A stretch of 63,958 nucleotides of DNA, filler included, from Thermodesulfobacteriota bacterium (GCA_036381125.1; 5 parts of 5 records of this genome joined end to end with filler, not necessarily neighbours in it), one strand, 5' to 3'. Counted from the first letter of the whole stretch, positions 22,242 through 33,698 are shown. The notes: a model not told the origin generated them from the letters alone. Translations and numbers: made by a program.

Positions 22242-23438
22242 GTGCGGACGATCCAGCTCGATCTGATCCAGACGCTGCTCGTGGCGATCGTGGCGCTCTT
22301 CGCCGGCCGGGCGCTCGTCGACGCCGTCCCGGCGCTCAGGCGCTACAGCATCCCCGCGGCGGTCGTCGGGGGCGGGCTCTTCGCCGTGGTGCTGGGCGTG
22401 CTCGGGCGGGTCCTGGGGGTCCAGGTCGCGTTCGACACGAGCATGCAGGACGCGCTGCTCCTCGCGTTCTTCACGACGATCGGGCTCTCCGGCGACGTCC
22501 GGTCGCTCCTGCACGGAGGCCGGGCGCTCTTCGTCTTCCTCGCGGCGGCGATCGGACTCATCGTGGTCCAGAACGCCATCGGCGTGGCGGTGGGCCTCGC
22601 GATGGACCTCACGCCGACGATGGGCCTCACGCTCGGCTCGATCACGCTCACCGGCGGCCACGGGACCGGCGCCGCCTATGCGCAGAACTTCGCCGAGGTC
22701 CAGAACATCCGGGGCGCGATGGAGGTGGCCATGGCCGCGGCCACCGCGGGGCTCGTGATCGGCGGCATCGTAGGCGGCCCGGTCGCCGAGCGCCTCATCC
22801 GCCGGTACCGGCTCACGGGAAGCGGCGGGGAAGCCGCGGCCGGCGAGGCCGAAGGCGCCGAGGAGCCGATCACGACCGACTCCCTGCTCCGCACGTTGCT
22901 CGCCGTCCTCGTCGCGCTCACGGTGGGACGCATGCTCGGCGCCCTCGCGGCCGATTGGCCGATCGTGCTGCCGCGCTTCATCTGGTGCCTGCTCATCGGC
23001 CTGGTGATCCGCAACGTCGCCGCCGCCGGCGTCTACAAGGTCGATCAGTCCACCGTCGATGCGTTCGGCAGCGTGGTCCTCTCGATCTTCCTCGTCGTGG
23101 CGCTCATGGCGCTCCGGTTCGGCGACCTCCTGGCCCTCGCGGGCCCGCTCCTCGTGATTCTGGCCCTGCAGACGATCGCCGCGGCGCTCTATGCCACCTG
23201 GATCACGTTCCGCGTCATGGGACGCAATTACGACGCGGCCGTCATGTCGGGGGCCCACGTCGGCTTCGGCCTCAGCAGCACCGCGATGGCCCTGGCCATC
23301 ATGCGGACCCTGACCAACCGTCACGGGCCCGCGCCCCTGGCCCTGCTGCTCGTCCCCCTGGTCGGGGCGTTCTTCGTCGACATCATGAACGCGCTCCTCA
23401 TCCAGGGCTTCATGGCGCTGCCGTGGTTCGGGTTCTGA
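22242..23438 (+). CDS. gltS: Sodium/glutamate symporter
   Basis: 'FFTTIGL', 'GSITLTGGHGTG', 'GRNYDAAV', 'VPLVGAFFVDI'. Confidence 0.9.
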   Translation: MRTIQLDLIQTLLVAIVALFAGRALVDAVPALRRYSIPAAVVGGGLFAVVLGVLGRVLGVQVAFDTSMQDALLLAFFTTIGLSGDVRSLLHGGRALFVFLAAAIGLIVVQNAIGVAVGLAMDLTPTMGLTLGSITLTGGHGTGAAYAQNFAEVQNIRGAMEVAMAAATAGLVIGGIVGGPVAERLIRRYRLTGSGGEAAAGEAEGAEEPITTDSLLRTLLAVLVALTVGRMLGALAADWPIVLPRFIWCLLIGLVIRNVAAAGVYKVDQSTVDAFGSVVLSIFLVVALMALRFGDLLALAGPLLVILALQTIAAALYATWITFRVMGRNYDAAVMSGAHVGFGLSSTAMALAIMRTLTNRHGPAPLALLLVPLVGAFFVDIMNALLIQGFMALPWFGF

Positions 23439-23440
23439 CC

Positions 23441-24997
23441 GTGGGCGCCCGGAGGACCGCTCGCGCCCGGCTCGTGGTCAGCCTGCTCGTCGCCGCGGGG
23501 GCGCTTTCGGCCTGTATGCGCGGCCCCGACGAGGCGGCCCTGAGGCGAGACCTTCAGGCGCGGCTCGACCAGGACTTCAAGGCGGGCGTGCTCGAGGTCG
23601 TCGGCCTCAACCGGCAGGGCAGCACGCCCGCGCCCTCCGCGGACGGGAAGGCGGCCCGGCGCCTCGTGTACTTCAACGCCACGATGGCCTTCCGCGACGC
23701 GTACGACTTCGGCGCGTGGGAAGGGCTCTCGCCGGCCGTCCTCGCCACGGTGCTCGGCGCAACGGAGAAGGGGCTCGTCGGGATCAAGCAGGGCGGCAAC
23801 GCCAGGGGCGACTGGGTGCGTGCCCGCGGCAGCGCGCTCTACGAGGCGACGCCGGACGGATGGCGCGGCGTCCGGGCGGGGCCCGAGGAGGGGGCGCCGC
23901 GGCCGCCGGTGCCCGAGGGGCAGGGGGCAGCGCCCCTGCGCGCGCGCGAACTGCTCGACACGCTGGCCAGCGAGGTGGCCCGGATCAAGGACCCCGAGGG
24001 CCCTCCGGGTCGGATCGTCGAGTACGAGCTGTCCCGGGCGGTGCGAGACATCACGCTGCGGCTCGGCCAGCTCGAGCGGGTGCTCAACGTCGCCGGCGGG
24101 CCGCCGGGAGGGGCGTACGCGCGGTTCGCCGAGGCGGTCGTCGGCCACCTGCAGCGGGCCGGCCGCCGGGTCCAGAGCGTTCCCACCGACGGGAGCGTGG
24201 AGAACTGCCGGCTGGTCGGGCGCGGTGAGGCGGCGTTCGGCATCGCCCAGGCCGACGTGGCCGGCCTGGCACTCGCCGGGGACGGCCCCTTCGCCGCGGA
24301 CGGGGCGTTCACGCGGCTGCGGACGCTCGGCAGCCTCTTCCCCGAGGCGGTCCATCTGCTCGTGATGGACCGCTCGCCGATCCGCCGGGTGGCCGACCTC
24401 AAGGGCAAGCGCGTGGACATCGGGAAGCCCGCGTCCGGCACGCGGTACGACGCCCTGGCGGTGCTTGCCGCACACGGGCTCGGGGTGAAGGACCTCAAGG
24501 AGGCGAGTCAGGACGGCCTCGCACGCGCGCTCGAGCGGCTCGAGCGTGGGGAGATCGACGCCCTCCTGGAGACGACCGCGGCACCGGCCCCGGCCATCCA
24601 GGCGATGGCCGCCCGCGCACGCATCCGACTCGTGCCGCTCGAGCCCGCAGCCGCCGCACAGCTCACGGCGGCCGGGTCGGGCCGGGTCCCGCTCGCGCTG
24701 CCGACCAACACCTATCCCGACCAGGCCGAGCCGGTGCCGACTGTCGCCACGGCGGCGCTCCTCATCACGACGATCGACGTCACACAGGGCGACGCCGCGG
24801 CGGTCCTCGATCTGGTCTTCGAGGAGGGGGCGGACCTCGTGGCGCAGGGGAGCGCCGCCGGGGCGAGGGTGTCGAGGCAGACGGCGCGGGTGGGCCTCAC
24901 GATCCCGATGCACCCCGAGGCCGACCGGTACTTCGCGGTCGAGGAGCCGGCCGCGCCCCCGACGAACGCCGCGACCGCGAGCGGCTCGCCGAGGTAA
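23441..24997 (+). CDS. TAXI-family solute-binding lipoprotein with an extra N-terminal domain
   Basis: Lipobox LSAC; 'GGPPGGAY', 'TDGSVEN', 'IAQADVA', 'LFPEAVHL', 'IPMHPEA'. Confidence 0.8.
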   Translation: MGARRTARARLVVSLLVAAGALSACMRGPDEAALRRDLQARLDQDFKAGVLEVVGLNRQGSTPAPSADGKAARRLVYFNATMAFRDAYDFGAWEGLSPAVLATVLGATEKGLVGIKQGGNARGDWVRARGSALYEATPDGWRGVRAGPEEGAPRPPVPEGQGAAPLRARELLDTLASEVARIKDPEGPPGRIVEYELSRAVRDITLRLGQLERVLNVAGGPPGGAYARFAEAVVGHLQRAGRRVQSVPTDGSVENCRLVGRGEAAFGIAQADVAGLALAGDGPFAADGAFTRLRTLGSLFPEAVHLLVMDRSPIRRVADLKGKRVDIGKPASGTRYDALAVLAAHGLGVKDLKEASQDGLARALERLERGEIDALLETTAAPAPAIQAMAARARIRLVPLEPAAAAQLTAAGSGRVPLALPTNTYPDQAEPVPTVATAALLITTIDVTQGDAAAVLDLVFEEGADLVAQGSAAGARVSRQTARVGLTIPMHPEADRYFAVEEPAAPPTNAATASGSPR

Positions 24998-25365
24998 AGG
25001 GCGGTCCCGGTCGGCCTCGTCCTCGCGCCGCGAGGGCGGCGCAACCTCCCCGTTACGTCACTCGCTCGGGCCGGAGCGAATCCGGCCCTCGCTCCAGACG
25101 GGCCTGCCCGGCGATCGGCTCGACGACTCCGGACAGGGGGACTCCGCCTCGACCTCCTCTGCCGGCTCCGTCCCCGGGTGACCGGCGCGGCGTCCCGATC
25201 ATCGCCCGGGTACGTCACGCGCGTGCCGCCGCGGTCGAGGCCCGACCCGGACCGAACCGAGATGGCGTCGGGGTGTCGGCGCCGCATTTTTCGTTCGACA
25301 CCCGATGTCCGATGGCTTGCCCCCATCGGCCTGCCGATACAGACGCTTGCCGATGAAGACCAGCA

Positions 25366-25732
25366 TGCGTCTGCCCTGGAGGTTGTCCTCTCCCGTCGTC
25401 GCCGTCGCCGCGGCCGGAGTCATCGGCTCGGGCGTGTCGGCCCGGAACTCGCTCGCGCTGAAGGGTGGCACGACCGGCAAGGTCAACGTGTTCCTCGGCG
25501 GCAAGGCACTCGACGAGGACGACCGGGAGCCTGCCGACTCGCAAGCCGAGCTGGGCGTCGGGGTGGACTTCCGGCCGAGGAACTGCTCGAGGCGGCGGCG
25601 TCTACGTGACGCTGGCCGAGCACGTCGACCTCGGCGTCGACCTGCGCCTCTCCAGGGCCGAGGTCGAGCTTCGGCGTCGACGGCGAGGCGGGCGGCAACC
25701 ACCTGGCGGTCTTCGCCGGGAATCACTGGTAG
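25366..25732 (+). pseudogene. Degraded outer-membrane beta-barrel protein gene
   Basis: Three frames give signal peptide + 'GKVNVFLGGKALDEDD..ELGVGVDF', then 'GGVYVTLAEHVDLGVDLRLSRAEV', then 'FGVDGEAGGNHLAVFAGNHW*'. Confidence 0.6.
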
Positions 25733-25772
25733 CCGGCCCCGCTTCGGAGGGTGCGGGTTATAATTCCCGGTC

Positions 25773-27490
<1,718 letters not shown>

Positions 27491-27491
<1 letters not shown>

Positions 27492-28381
27492 TGTCCGAGC
27501 AGCCGATCCTCGAGGGGGACCTCGCGCACGTCGGCGTCTTCGAGGTGCTCGCCTTCCTCGCCAGCGCCGGCCACACGGCGGTCGTCGAGTTCCAGTTCGA
27601 GGACGGCGTCGTCAAGCGCGTCCACCTCGACCGGGGCGAGATCGTGTTCGCGTCGTCCTCGCTCGTCCAGGACCGCCTCGGCGAGTCGCTGGTGCGCGCG
27701 GGCCAGCTCACCCAGGCCCAGCTCGACATCGCCGCGCGCGCCATCACCCCCACGAACAAGCTCGGCAAGGTGCTGGTCGAGATGGGCTGCCTCACGCCGC
27801 GCGGCCTCTTCGAGGCGGTCCGCCGCCAGGTGGAGGAGATCGTCGAATCGCTCTTCGCCTTCGAGCGCGGCCGCTTCGCCGTGACCGCCGGCCTGCCGGA
27901 GGGGAGCACCCGCGTCCGCCTGCGGATGCCGACCCGGGAGTTCGTGCTCCAGGCGGTCGGCAAGACCGACGTGCCTCCGGTCGCGGCGGCGCCCGCCGCG
28001 GCGACGGACCTCGCGCCGATCGTCGACCGGTACGACCGCGTGCTCGCCGCCATCTCGCGCGTCATGCGCGAGCGGGGCGTCGAGCCGAAGGTCCGGCTCG
28101 CCGACTTCGTGGCCGGCGCCGACTCGGCCCGCAGCGTCCTCTTCTCGGGCGTCATGCTGGGCGCCCCCGAAGGGCTCGACGCCGCGCGCCTGATCGCGAA
28201 CGCCTGCGCGCCGACCGGGGCCGCCGCGTTCGGCGAGACGCCGGCCGCCTATCTGGAGACCGGCCTCGAGGAGCTGTTCGCCTTCGCCCTCTTCGCCGTG
28301 GAGGACCTCATCGAGCCGGCCGACGCCGAAGCGCTCGCCGCCGAGATCCGGGCGATCTTCGAGGGCGGGGAGGGGCGCTGA
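27491..28381 (+). CDS. DUF4388-domain protein
   Basis: 'LEGDLAHVGVFEVL', 'GEIVFASS..DRLGESLVRAG', 'LGKVLVEMG'. Confidence 0.8.
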
Positions 28382-28382
28382 G

Positions 28383-28684
28383 GTGGAGCGCCACGGCGTC
28401 CAGGCGCCGCGCCCCCGGACCCCCCGGGAGCGGATCATGCTCGCCCTCGACCGCCCCGGGATGGACGAGGCGACGGTCGAGGTGATCCGGCAGCTCGCCC
28501 CGAAGGTCGGCGCCGTGAAGGTCGGCCTCGAGCTCTACACGGCCGAGGGGCCCCGCGCGGTCGAGACGGTCAAGGCCGCCGGGGGACGCGTCTTCCTCGA
28601 CCTCAAGCTCCTCGACATCCCGAACACCGTACGTGGCGCCGCGCGCGCCGCGGCCCGCCTCGGCGTCGACTTCCTCACGGTCCA
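28383..28684 (+). CDS. pyrF: Orotidine-5'-phosphate decarboxylase (3' truncated)
   Basis: 'ALD', 'KVGLEL', 'FLDLKLLDIPNTV' (DxKxxD). Confidence 0.9.
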
Positions 28685-28784
28685 NNNNNNNNNNNNNNNN
28701 NNNNNNNNNNNNNNNNNNNNNNNNNNNNTTAATTAATTAANNNNNNNNNNNNNNNNNNNNNNNNNNNNNNNNNNNNNNNNNNNN
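28685..28784. other. Artificial contig linker
   Basis: N44-TTAATTAATTAA-N44. Confidence 0.99.
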
Positions 28785-29183
28785 GCCCTGTACCTGGCCC
28801 ACGCCGTCGTGGCGATCCCGCTCGTGGTGGTGGTCGTCGCCTCGGCGCTCAGGACGTACGACCGGACCGTCGAGCTGGCGGCGCGCAGCCTCGGCGCCGG
28901 CTACGTCCGGACCCTCCGGTACGTCACCCTTCCGCTCCTCAGGCCGGCCATCCTCTCGGCCGCGGCCTTCGCCTTCCTCGTCTCGTTCGACGAGGTGATC
29001 CTCGCGATCTTCCTCGGCGGCCCGTCGGCGACCACGCTGCCGAAGAAGATGTGGGACAGCGTGCGCTACGAGATCGACCCGACCCTCACCGCCATCGCCA
29101 CCCTCCTGGTCGTCCTGTCCGTCGTCGTGCTCGCCGTGGCGGAGCGGCTCAGGTCGCGCTTGACACGCAATCTACACTTCTAG
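28785..29183 (+). CDS. ABC transporter permease, PotC-like (5' truncated)
   Basis: EAA-loop-like 'ELAARSLGA', 'FLVSFDEV', 'TLPKKMW'. Confidence 0.85.
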   Translation, partial: ALYLAHAVVAIPLVVVVVASALRTYDRTVELAARSLGAGYVRTLRYVTLPLLRPAILSAAAFAFLVSFDEVILAIFLGGPSATTLPKKMWDSVRYEIDPTLTAIATLLVVLSVVVLAVAERLRSRLTRNLHF

Positions 29184-29195
29184 CAAGATCGAAAC
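29160..29195 (+). promoter_or_regulatory. arsR promoter/operator (TTGACA-N18-CAAGAT overlapping imperfect palindrome TTCTAG..ATCGAA)
   Basis: -35 match; ATG 6 nt after the -10; no SD. Confidence 0.5.
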
Positions 29196-29534
29196 ATGAG
29201 CCCCGACACCGAGATCGCCCGCTACGCGGCCATGTTCGCCGCCCTGGGTCACGAGGCGCGGCTGGCCATCATCCGCCTCCTGCTCGCGGCCCATCCCGTC
29301 GGGATGGTGGCCGGCGAGGTTCAGGAGGAGCTCGGCATCCCCGCCTCCACCCTGTCGCACCACCTCGACACCCTGAAGCAGGAGGGCCTGGTCGAGCAGC
29401 GGCGCGAAGGGAAGTACCAGCGCTACGTCGCGGCGGCGGACGGGCTTCGGGACCTGCTCGGGTTCCTCTACGCCGAGTGCTGCACCCGGAGTCAGGTCGT
29501 GCCCCTTTCGGCGCTGCGCCGCAAGCCCTCGTGA
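29196..29534 (+). CDS. arsR: ArsR/SmtB regulator with C-terminal vicinal Cys pair
   Basis: 'FAALGHEARLAIIRLL', 'STLSHHL', 'LYAECC'. Confidence 0.85.
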   Translation: MSPDTEIARYAAMFAALGHEARLAIIRLLLAAHPVGMVAGEVQEELGIPASTLSHHLDTLKQEGLVEQRREGKYQRYVAAADGLRDLLGFLYAECCTRSQVVPLSALRRKPS

Positions 29535-29536
29535 GG

Positions 29537-30757
29537 ATGTACTACGGCTGGCGTCTCGTCCTGACGCTCGGCGTCACCGAGACGATCTCCTGGGGGATCC
29601 TGTACTACAGCTTCACGGTCTTCCTCGCGCCGATGGAGGCCGATCTCGGCTGGTCGCGGGCGGCGACCTCGGGCGCCTTCTCGGTGGCCCTCCTCGTCTC
29701 GGCCGTGGCCGCCCTGCCGGTCGGCCGCTGGCTCGACCGCCGCGGCGGGCGGGGCCTGATGACCGCCGGCTCCCTGGCCGGCGCCCTGCTCGTGGTGGCC
29801 TGGGCGCTCGTCGAGCGTCTGGCGACGTTCTACGCCGTCTGGGTCGCGATCGGGGCGGTCATGGCCACGCTCCTCTACGAGCCGGCCTTCACCATCGTGG
29901 CGCGCTGGTTCGCGCGCGACCGGGCGCGCGCGCTCACGGCGGTCACGCTCATGGCCGGCTTCGCGAGCACGGTCTTCATCCCGCTGTCCGGCTGGCTGGT
30001 CGAGCGGGTCGGCTGGCGGCAGGCGCTCCTCGTCCTGGCCGCGCTGCAGCTCGCGACGGCCCTCCCCCACGCCGTCGTCCTGCGGCGCTCCCCCGAGGAC
30101 CTCGGCGTCGGCCCGGACGGCGACCCGCTTCCGGCCGGCGCCGGCGGCGCGCGGTCGGCGTCGAGGCCCGGCATGTCGCTCGGCACGGCCCTCCGGGACC
30201 CGACGTTCCGCTGGCTCACGGCCGGTTTCGCCCTCACCGCCTTCGCGCAGGTGGGCGCCTCGGTCCACCTCGTGCCCTACTTCCTCGGCCGCGGGTACGA
30301 CCCGCGCGTCGCGGCCACGGCGGCGGGGCTCCTCGGCGCGGTGCAGGTGGGCGCGCGGCTCGTCTTCGCGCGGCTCGAGCGGCGCCTCACGCGCCGCGCC
30401 CTGGCGACGGTCGTCTACCTCCTCCCGCCCGCGGCGCTGGCGCTGGTGCTCGTCGTGCCGGGCGTGACCGGGATCACGCTGTTCATCGCCGTCTTCGGAG
30501 CCGGCCGGGGGCTCACGACGCTCGCCCGCGCCCTGCTCGTGGCGGACGTCTACGGGGCGTCCCGCTACGGGAGCGCCAGCGGCGCCATCGCCCTCTTCGC
30601 GACGACGGCGCAGGCCGCGGCGCCGGCGGTGGTGGGCGCGGCCTACGACCTCGCGGGGGGCTACGACCCGGTCTTCTGGGCGCTGGCGGCGCTCTCGCTC
30701 CTGGCGGCCGCCGCCGTGGGGCGCGTGGCCGGGGCTACGCCCCGGCCCGGCGGATGA
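29537..30757 (+). CDS. MFS transporter (ArsK-like)
   Basis: 'TISWGILYY', 'GRWLDRRGGR', 'LYEPAF', 'TLMAGFASTVF'. Confidence 0.8.
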   Translation: MYYGWRLVLTLGVTETISWGILYYSFTVFLAPMEADLGWSRAATSGAFSVALLVSAVAALPVGRWLDRRGGRGLMTAGSLAGALLVVAWALVERLATFYAVWVAIGAVMATLLYEPAFTIVARWFARDRARALTAVTLMAGFASTVFIPLSGWLVERVGWRQALLVLAALQLATALPHAVVLRRSPEDLGVGPDGDPLPAGAGGARSASRPGMSLGTALRDPTFRWLTAGFALTAFAQVGASVHLVPYFLGRGYDPRVAATAAGLLGAVQVGARLVFARLERRLTRRALATVVYLLPPAALALVLVVPGVTGITLFIAVFGAGRGLTTLARALLVADVYGASRYGSASGAIALFATTAQAAAPAVVGAAYDLAGGYDPVFWALAALSLLAAAAVGRVAGATPRPGG

Positions 30758-31667
30758 GGACCTGGCCGCCCGACTCGACGATCTCGTACCGCTCGCCCGG
30801 CGTCACCCGCCGCATGTCGCGCCGCAGCCGCACGGTCAGGCCGCGCCGCTCCCAGTCGTCGGCGTGGGCCCTGAAGTGGGCGACGGCCCAGCGCGTGGGC
30901 GCCGCGAGGTCGACCGGCGTCCGCTCGGCTCCGAGGTAGGCCAGCGGGACGATCCGCCTGAAGCCGAGCAGCTCGTGGTCGAGCTGGAGGTACTCGATCC
31001 CGACCTCCCCCTCGGCGTTCGGCCTCGGGGCCGCGGCGACGAGCCGCGTCTCGGCCGGGGGCCGCGCCGCGCCCGCGAGGAAGAGGAGGACGGCGAGGAG
31101 GCCGACGGCGGCCATGCCGTGCAACATGTACCCGGCCCGCGCGACGATCCCCCGGCGGGCCGGCCCGAGCGCGCGGCCGAAGGCGAACCCGGCCACGGCG
31201 AGCGCGAAGAAGCCGAGGCCGGCGAAGAGGCGATGGAGCGCTCCGCCGCCGGGCGGTGAAACGACCGTCCAGAGCGCCGAGCCGGCCGCGCCCAGGAAGA
31301 GGAGGGCGCCGGCGAGCCGGTAGGCGCGTGCGGCACGGCGCCAGGCGGGCGACGCGAGCCAGGCTGCCCCGCGCGTGCGCCACCGGACCACCCAGGGGAG
31401 GCCGAGGTCGGCCCCGCAGGCCGAGCAGGCGCCCCGCCAGAGGGGGCCGGTCAGGCCGCAGGCGGTGCAGGCGCCGACCCACCGCTCCTCGAGCCCGGCC
31501 CGTTCGGTCCGCCAGTCGGCCCAGAGCCTCCAGAGGGGCCGCAGCGCCGCCAGGACGAGGACCAGGGCGCCGGCGAGGTAGACCACCCGCGCCACGTCGT
31601 CGAGGCCGGCGCCGAACAGGCTCTCGAGGCTCTGGAAGAGAAGCCGGAGCATGGCCCCATCTCCCAC
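30735..31667 (-). CDS. Hypothetical membrane protein with zinc ribbon
   Basis: TM helices; CTACG and CSACG pairs. Confidence 0.6.
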   Translation of the reverse strand: MGDGAMLRLLFQSLESLFGAGLDDVARVVYLAGALVLVLAALRPLWRLWADWRTERAGLEERWVGACTACGLTGPLWRGACSACGADLGLPWVVRWRTRGAAWLASPAWRRAARAYRLAGALLFLGAAGSALWTVVSPPGGGALHRLFAGLGFFALAVAGFAFGRALGPARRGIVARAGYMLHGMAAVGLLAVLLFLAGAARPPAETRLVAAAPRPNAEGEVGIEYLQLDHELLGFRRIVPLAYLGAERTPVDLAAPTRWAVAHFRAHADDWERRGLTVRLRRDMRRVTPGERYEIVESGGQVLIRRAGA

Positions 31668-31728
31668 GCGCCGCCTCGGGGTGTCAAGTACTGCGGATCA
31701 CATCTCGTCTTCGGGTGCAAGAGCCCTC

Positions 31729-31757
31729 TTGCCAAGCGAACCAGCGCCGTGTAGAGT
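31729..31757 (+). promoter_or_regulatory. Sigma70-like promoter TTGCCA-N17-TAGAGT for pal
   Basis: Consensus spacing. Confidence 0.55.
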
Positions 31758-31853
31758 GCCGCCCGTTTCCCGGGGTATCGGGGGCGCCTCCTGCGCGGCC
31801 TCTCGCGGACGAGCGCCGAGCGAAGCGTCCGGAACCGAAAAGGAGCACCCACC

Positions 31854-32480
31854 ATGCAGCTTGCTACCCGACTTCTCGCGCTGGCCGCCGTCGCGGCTCT
31901 CGGGCTCGCCACGTCGGCCTGCGCGTCTCGGCAGACCACCTCCGACAGCCAGACGGTCACCGGCCCCGTCGCCAGCCAGCCGGGCGGCGCAGTCGCGGAG
32001 CCGGGACAGCCCGGCACGCCCGGCATGACGGCCCGCAACGTCCCGGGCGCCGCCTCGCCGGCGACCCCCGGCGCGGCGACACCGGACAGCATGCCGGCCG
32101 GCACGACGCCGGGCGCGTCCCTCACGGTCACGACGCCGGGCGGCCCGTCCTCGCTCACGGACGTGTTCTTCGCGTTCGACGAGTCGACCCTCTCGCCGGA
32201 GGCGCGCCGCGTGCTCGAGCAGAACGCCGAGTACCTGCGCCGCAACCCGCAGGCGCGAGTCCAGATCGAGGGGCACGCCGACGAGCGCGGCAGCACCTCC
32301 TACAACCTCGCCCTGGGCGACCGCCGCGCGACGGCAGCCAAGCAGTACCTCGTGTCGCTCGGAATCGATCCGTCGCGCATCTCCACGATCTCCTTCGGCG
32401 AGGAGAAGCCCTTCGCCATCGGCCAGACCGAGGAGGCCTGGGCGCAGAACCGCCGCGGGCATTTCGTCGAGATCAAGTAG
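31854..32480 (+). CDS. pal: Peptidoglycan-associated lipoprotein
   Basis: Lipobox TSAC; 'IEGHADERGSTSYNLALGDRRA', 'SFGEEKP', 'AWAQNRR'. Confidence 0.92.
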   Translation: MQLATRLLALAAVAALGLATSACASRQTTSDSQTVTGPVASQPGGAVAEPGQPGTPGMTARNVPGAASPATPGAATPDSMPAGTTPGASLTVTTPGGPSSLTDVFFAFDESTLSPEARRVLEQNAEYLRRNPQARVQIEGHADERGSTSYNLALGDRRATAAKQYLVSLGIDPSRISTISFGEEKPFAIGQTEEAWAQNRRGHFVEIK

Positions 32481-32499
32481 GGCCTGCTACAGTGACTCC

Positions 32500-32703
32500 A
32501 TGCCGAACTACCGCATGGAGTACCTGATCTACGGCACCATCGACCTCCTGGCGGACACCGAGGAGGAGGCGCGGCGCGAGTTCGCCGACCTCACCGCGAC
32601 GGAGATCTTCGACCACCGGACCAACGAGGTTCGCGACGTCAAGCTCTTCCGGGTGTCCGCCAGGGGCGACGACTCCGACGACCCCGCCGACCCGGGCCCC
32701 TAG
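32500..32703 (+). CDS. Small acidic hypothetical protein (67 aa)
   Basis: Typical codon usage; TGcTACAGT extended -10 lies 6 nt upstream. Confidence 0.6.
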   Translation: MPNYRMEYLIYGTIDLLADTEEEARREFADLTATEIFDHRTNEVRDVKLFRVSARGDDSDDPADPGP

Positions 32704-33698
32704 AACGTCCCGGCGTAGAGCGAGCAGGTCCGGCAGATCTCGGGCGGGTCCTCCGACTCGAGGCAGGCCCGGAAGGCCTGGTACGCCGACCCCTCCCAGA
32801 CGGCACGCACCCCCTCCGTCACCATGCTGCCGAAGTGGATCCGATCGGGCGTCGCGACCATGCAGCACGGCATGGCGAGTCCGTCGTAGCTCACGTACGC
32901 GCCGGTGAAGGGCCAGTCGCACCGCACGCGCCCCGGCGTCCCGGGTGGGTGCGGGCGTGGCGCGGTCCGCGGCAGCCTGAGCTCCACGCCGAGCGCCTCC
33001 GCGACCCCCCTCGCCTCCGCGAAGAGCCGCTCGACGCGCGCCGGGTCCTCGCCGAGGACCGTCTCCCGGTCCACGAAGTCCCGCATCGGCCGGTAGTGGG
33101 CCGGCAGGCTCGACTCGCCGAAGTCGTGGGAGAGGTGCTGCACGAACATGGCGTTCATCTCGAGCCGCCGCGCGAGCCGGACGACGTCGGGCAGCTCGGG
33201 CAGGTTGCGCCGCATCAGGACCATGACGAGGCGCAGACGCGGCGTCGCGGCGCCGAGCCGGCGGCGGGCCGCGACGATCCGCTCCACGTTGCGCACGACC
33301 CGGTCGAACCGGCCCCGCAGCCGGATCGCCTCGTAGGTGCCGGCCGTCGCGCCGTCGATCGAGACGTGCAGCCAGGCGAGCCCGCTCGTGACGCATCGCG
33401 TCGCCCGCGCCTCGGTGAGGAGCGTCAGGTTCGAGTTGGTGCTGACCGTGATCCCGCGCCGGGCGGCGTACGCGACCATGTCGAAGAAGCGCGGGTGCAT
33501 CATCGGCTCCCCGAGCCCCTGCAGGTGCAGCTCGGCCATGCCGTCGAAGCCGTCCACCAGGCGCGTGAAGGCGTCGAAGGGCATGTACGCCGGGGGACCG
33601 TACGGCGGCCCGTCCTTCCTGAACTGGATCGGGCACATGCGGCAGCGGAGGTTGCACTGGCCGACCGGCTCGATCTGCACGTAGCGAGGCAGCGGCAT
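32700..33698 (-). CDS. Radical SAM / SPASM-domain protein
   Basis: CNLRCRMC; 'GLGEPMMHP'; C-terminal 'CDWPF..DGLAMPCC..CRTC'. Confidence 0.9.
   Translation of the reverse strand: MPLPRYVQIEPVGQCNLRCRMCPIQFRKDGPPYGPPAYMPFDAFTRLVDGFDGMAELHLQGLGEPMMHPRFFDMVAYAARRGITVSTNSNLTLLTEARATRCVTSGLAWLHVSIDGATAGTYEAIRLRGRFDRVVRNVERIVAARRRLGAATPRLRLVMVLMRRNLPELPDVVRLARRLEMNAMFVQHLSHDFGESSLPAHYRPMRDFVDRETVLGEDPARVERLFAEARGVAEALGVELRLPRTAPRPHPPGTPGRVRCDWPFTGAYVSYDGLAMPCCMVATPDRIHFGSMVTEGVRAVWEGSAYQAFRACLESEDPPEICRTCSLYAGTF

Noticed and set aside
28598-28630. PyrF motif reads DLKLLD instead of DLKxHD
   Set aside because: The catalytic DxKxxD residues are intact and the intervening positions vary naturally.
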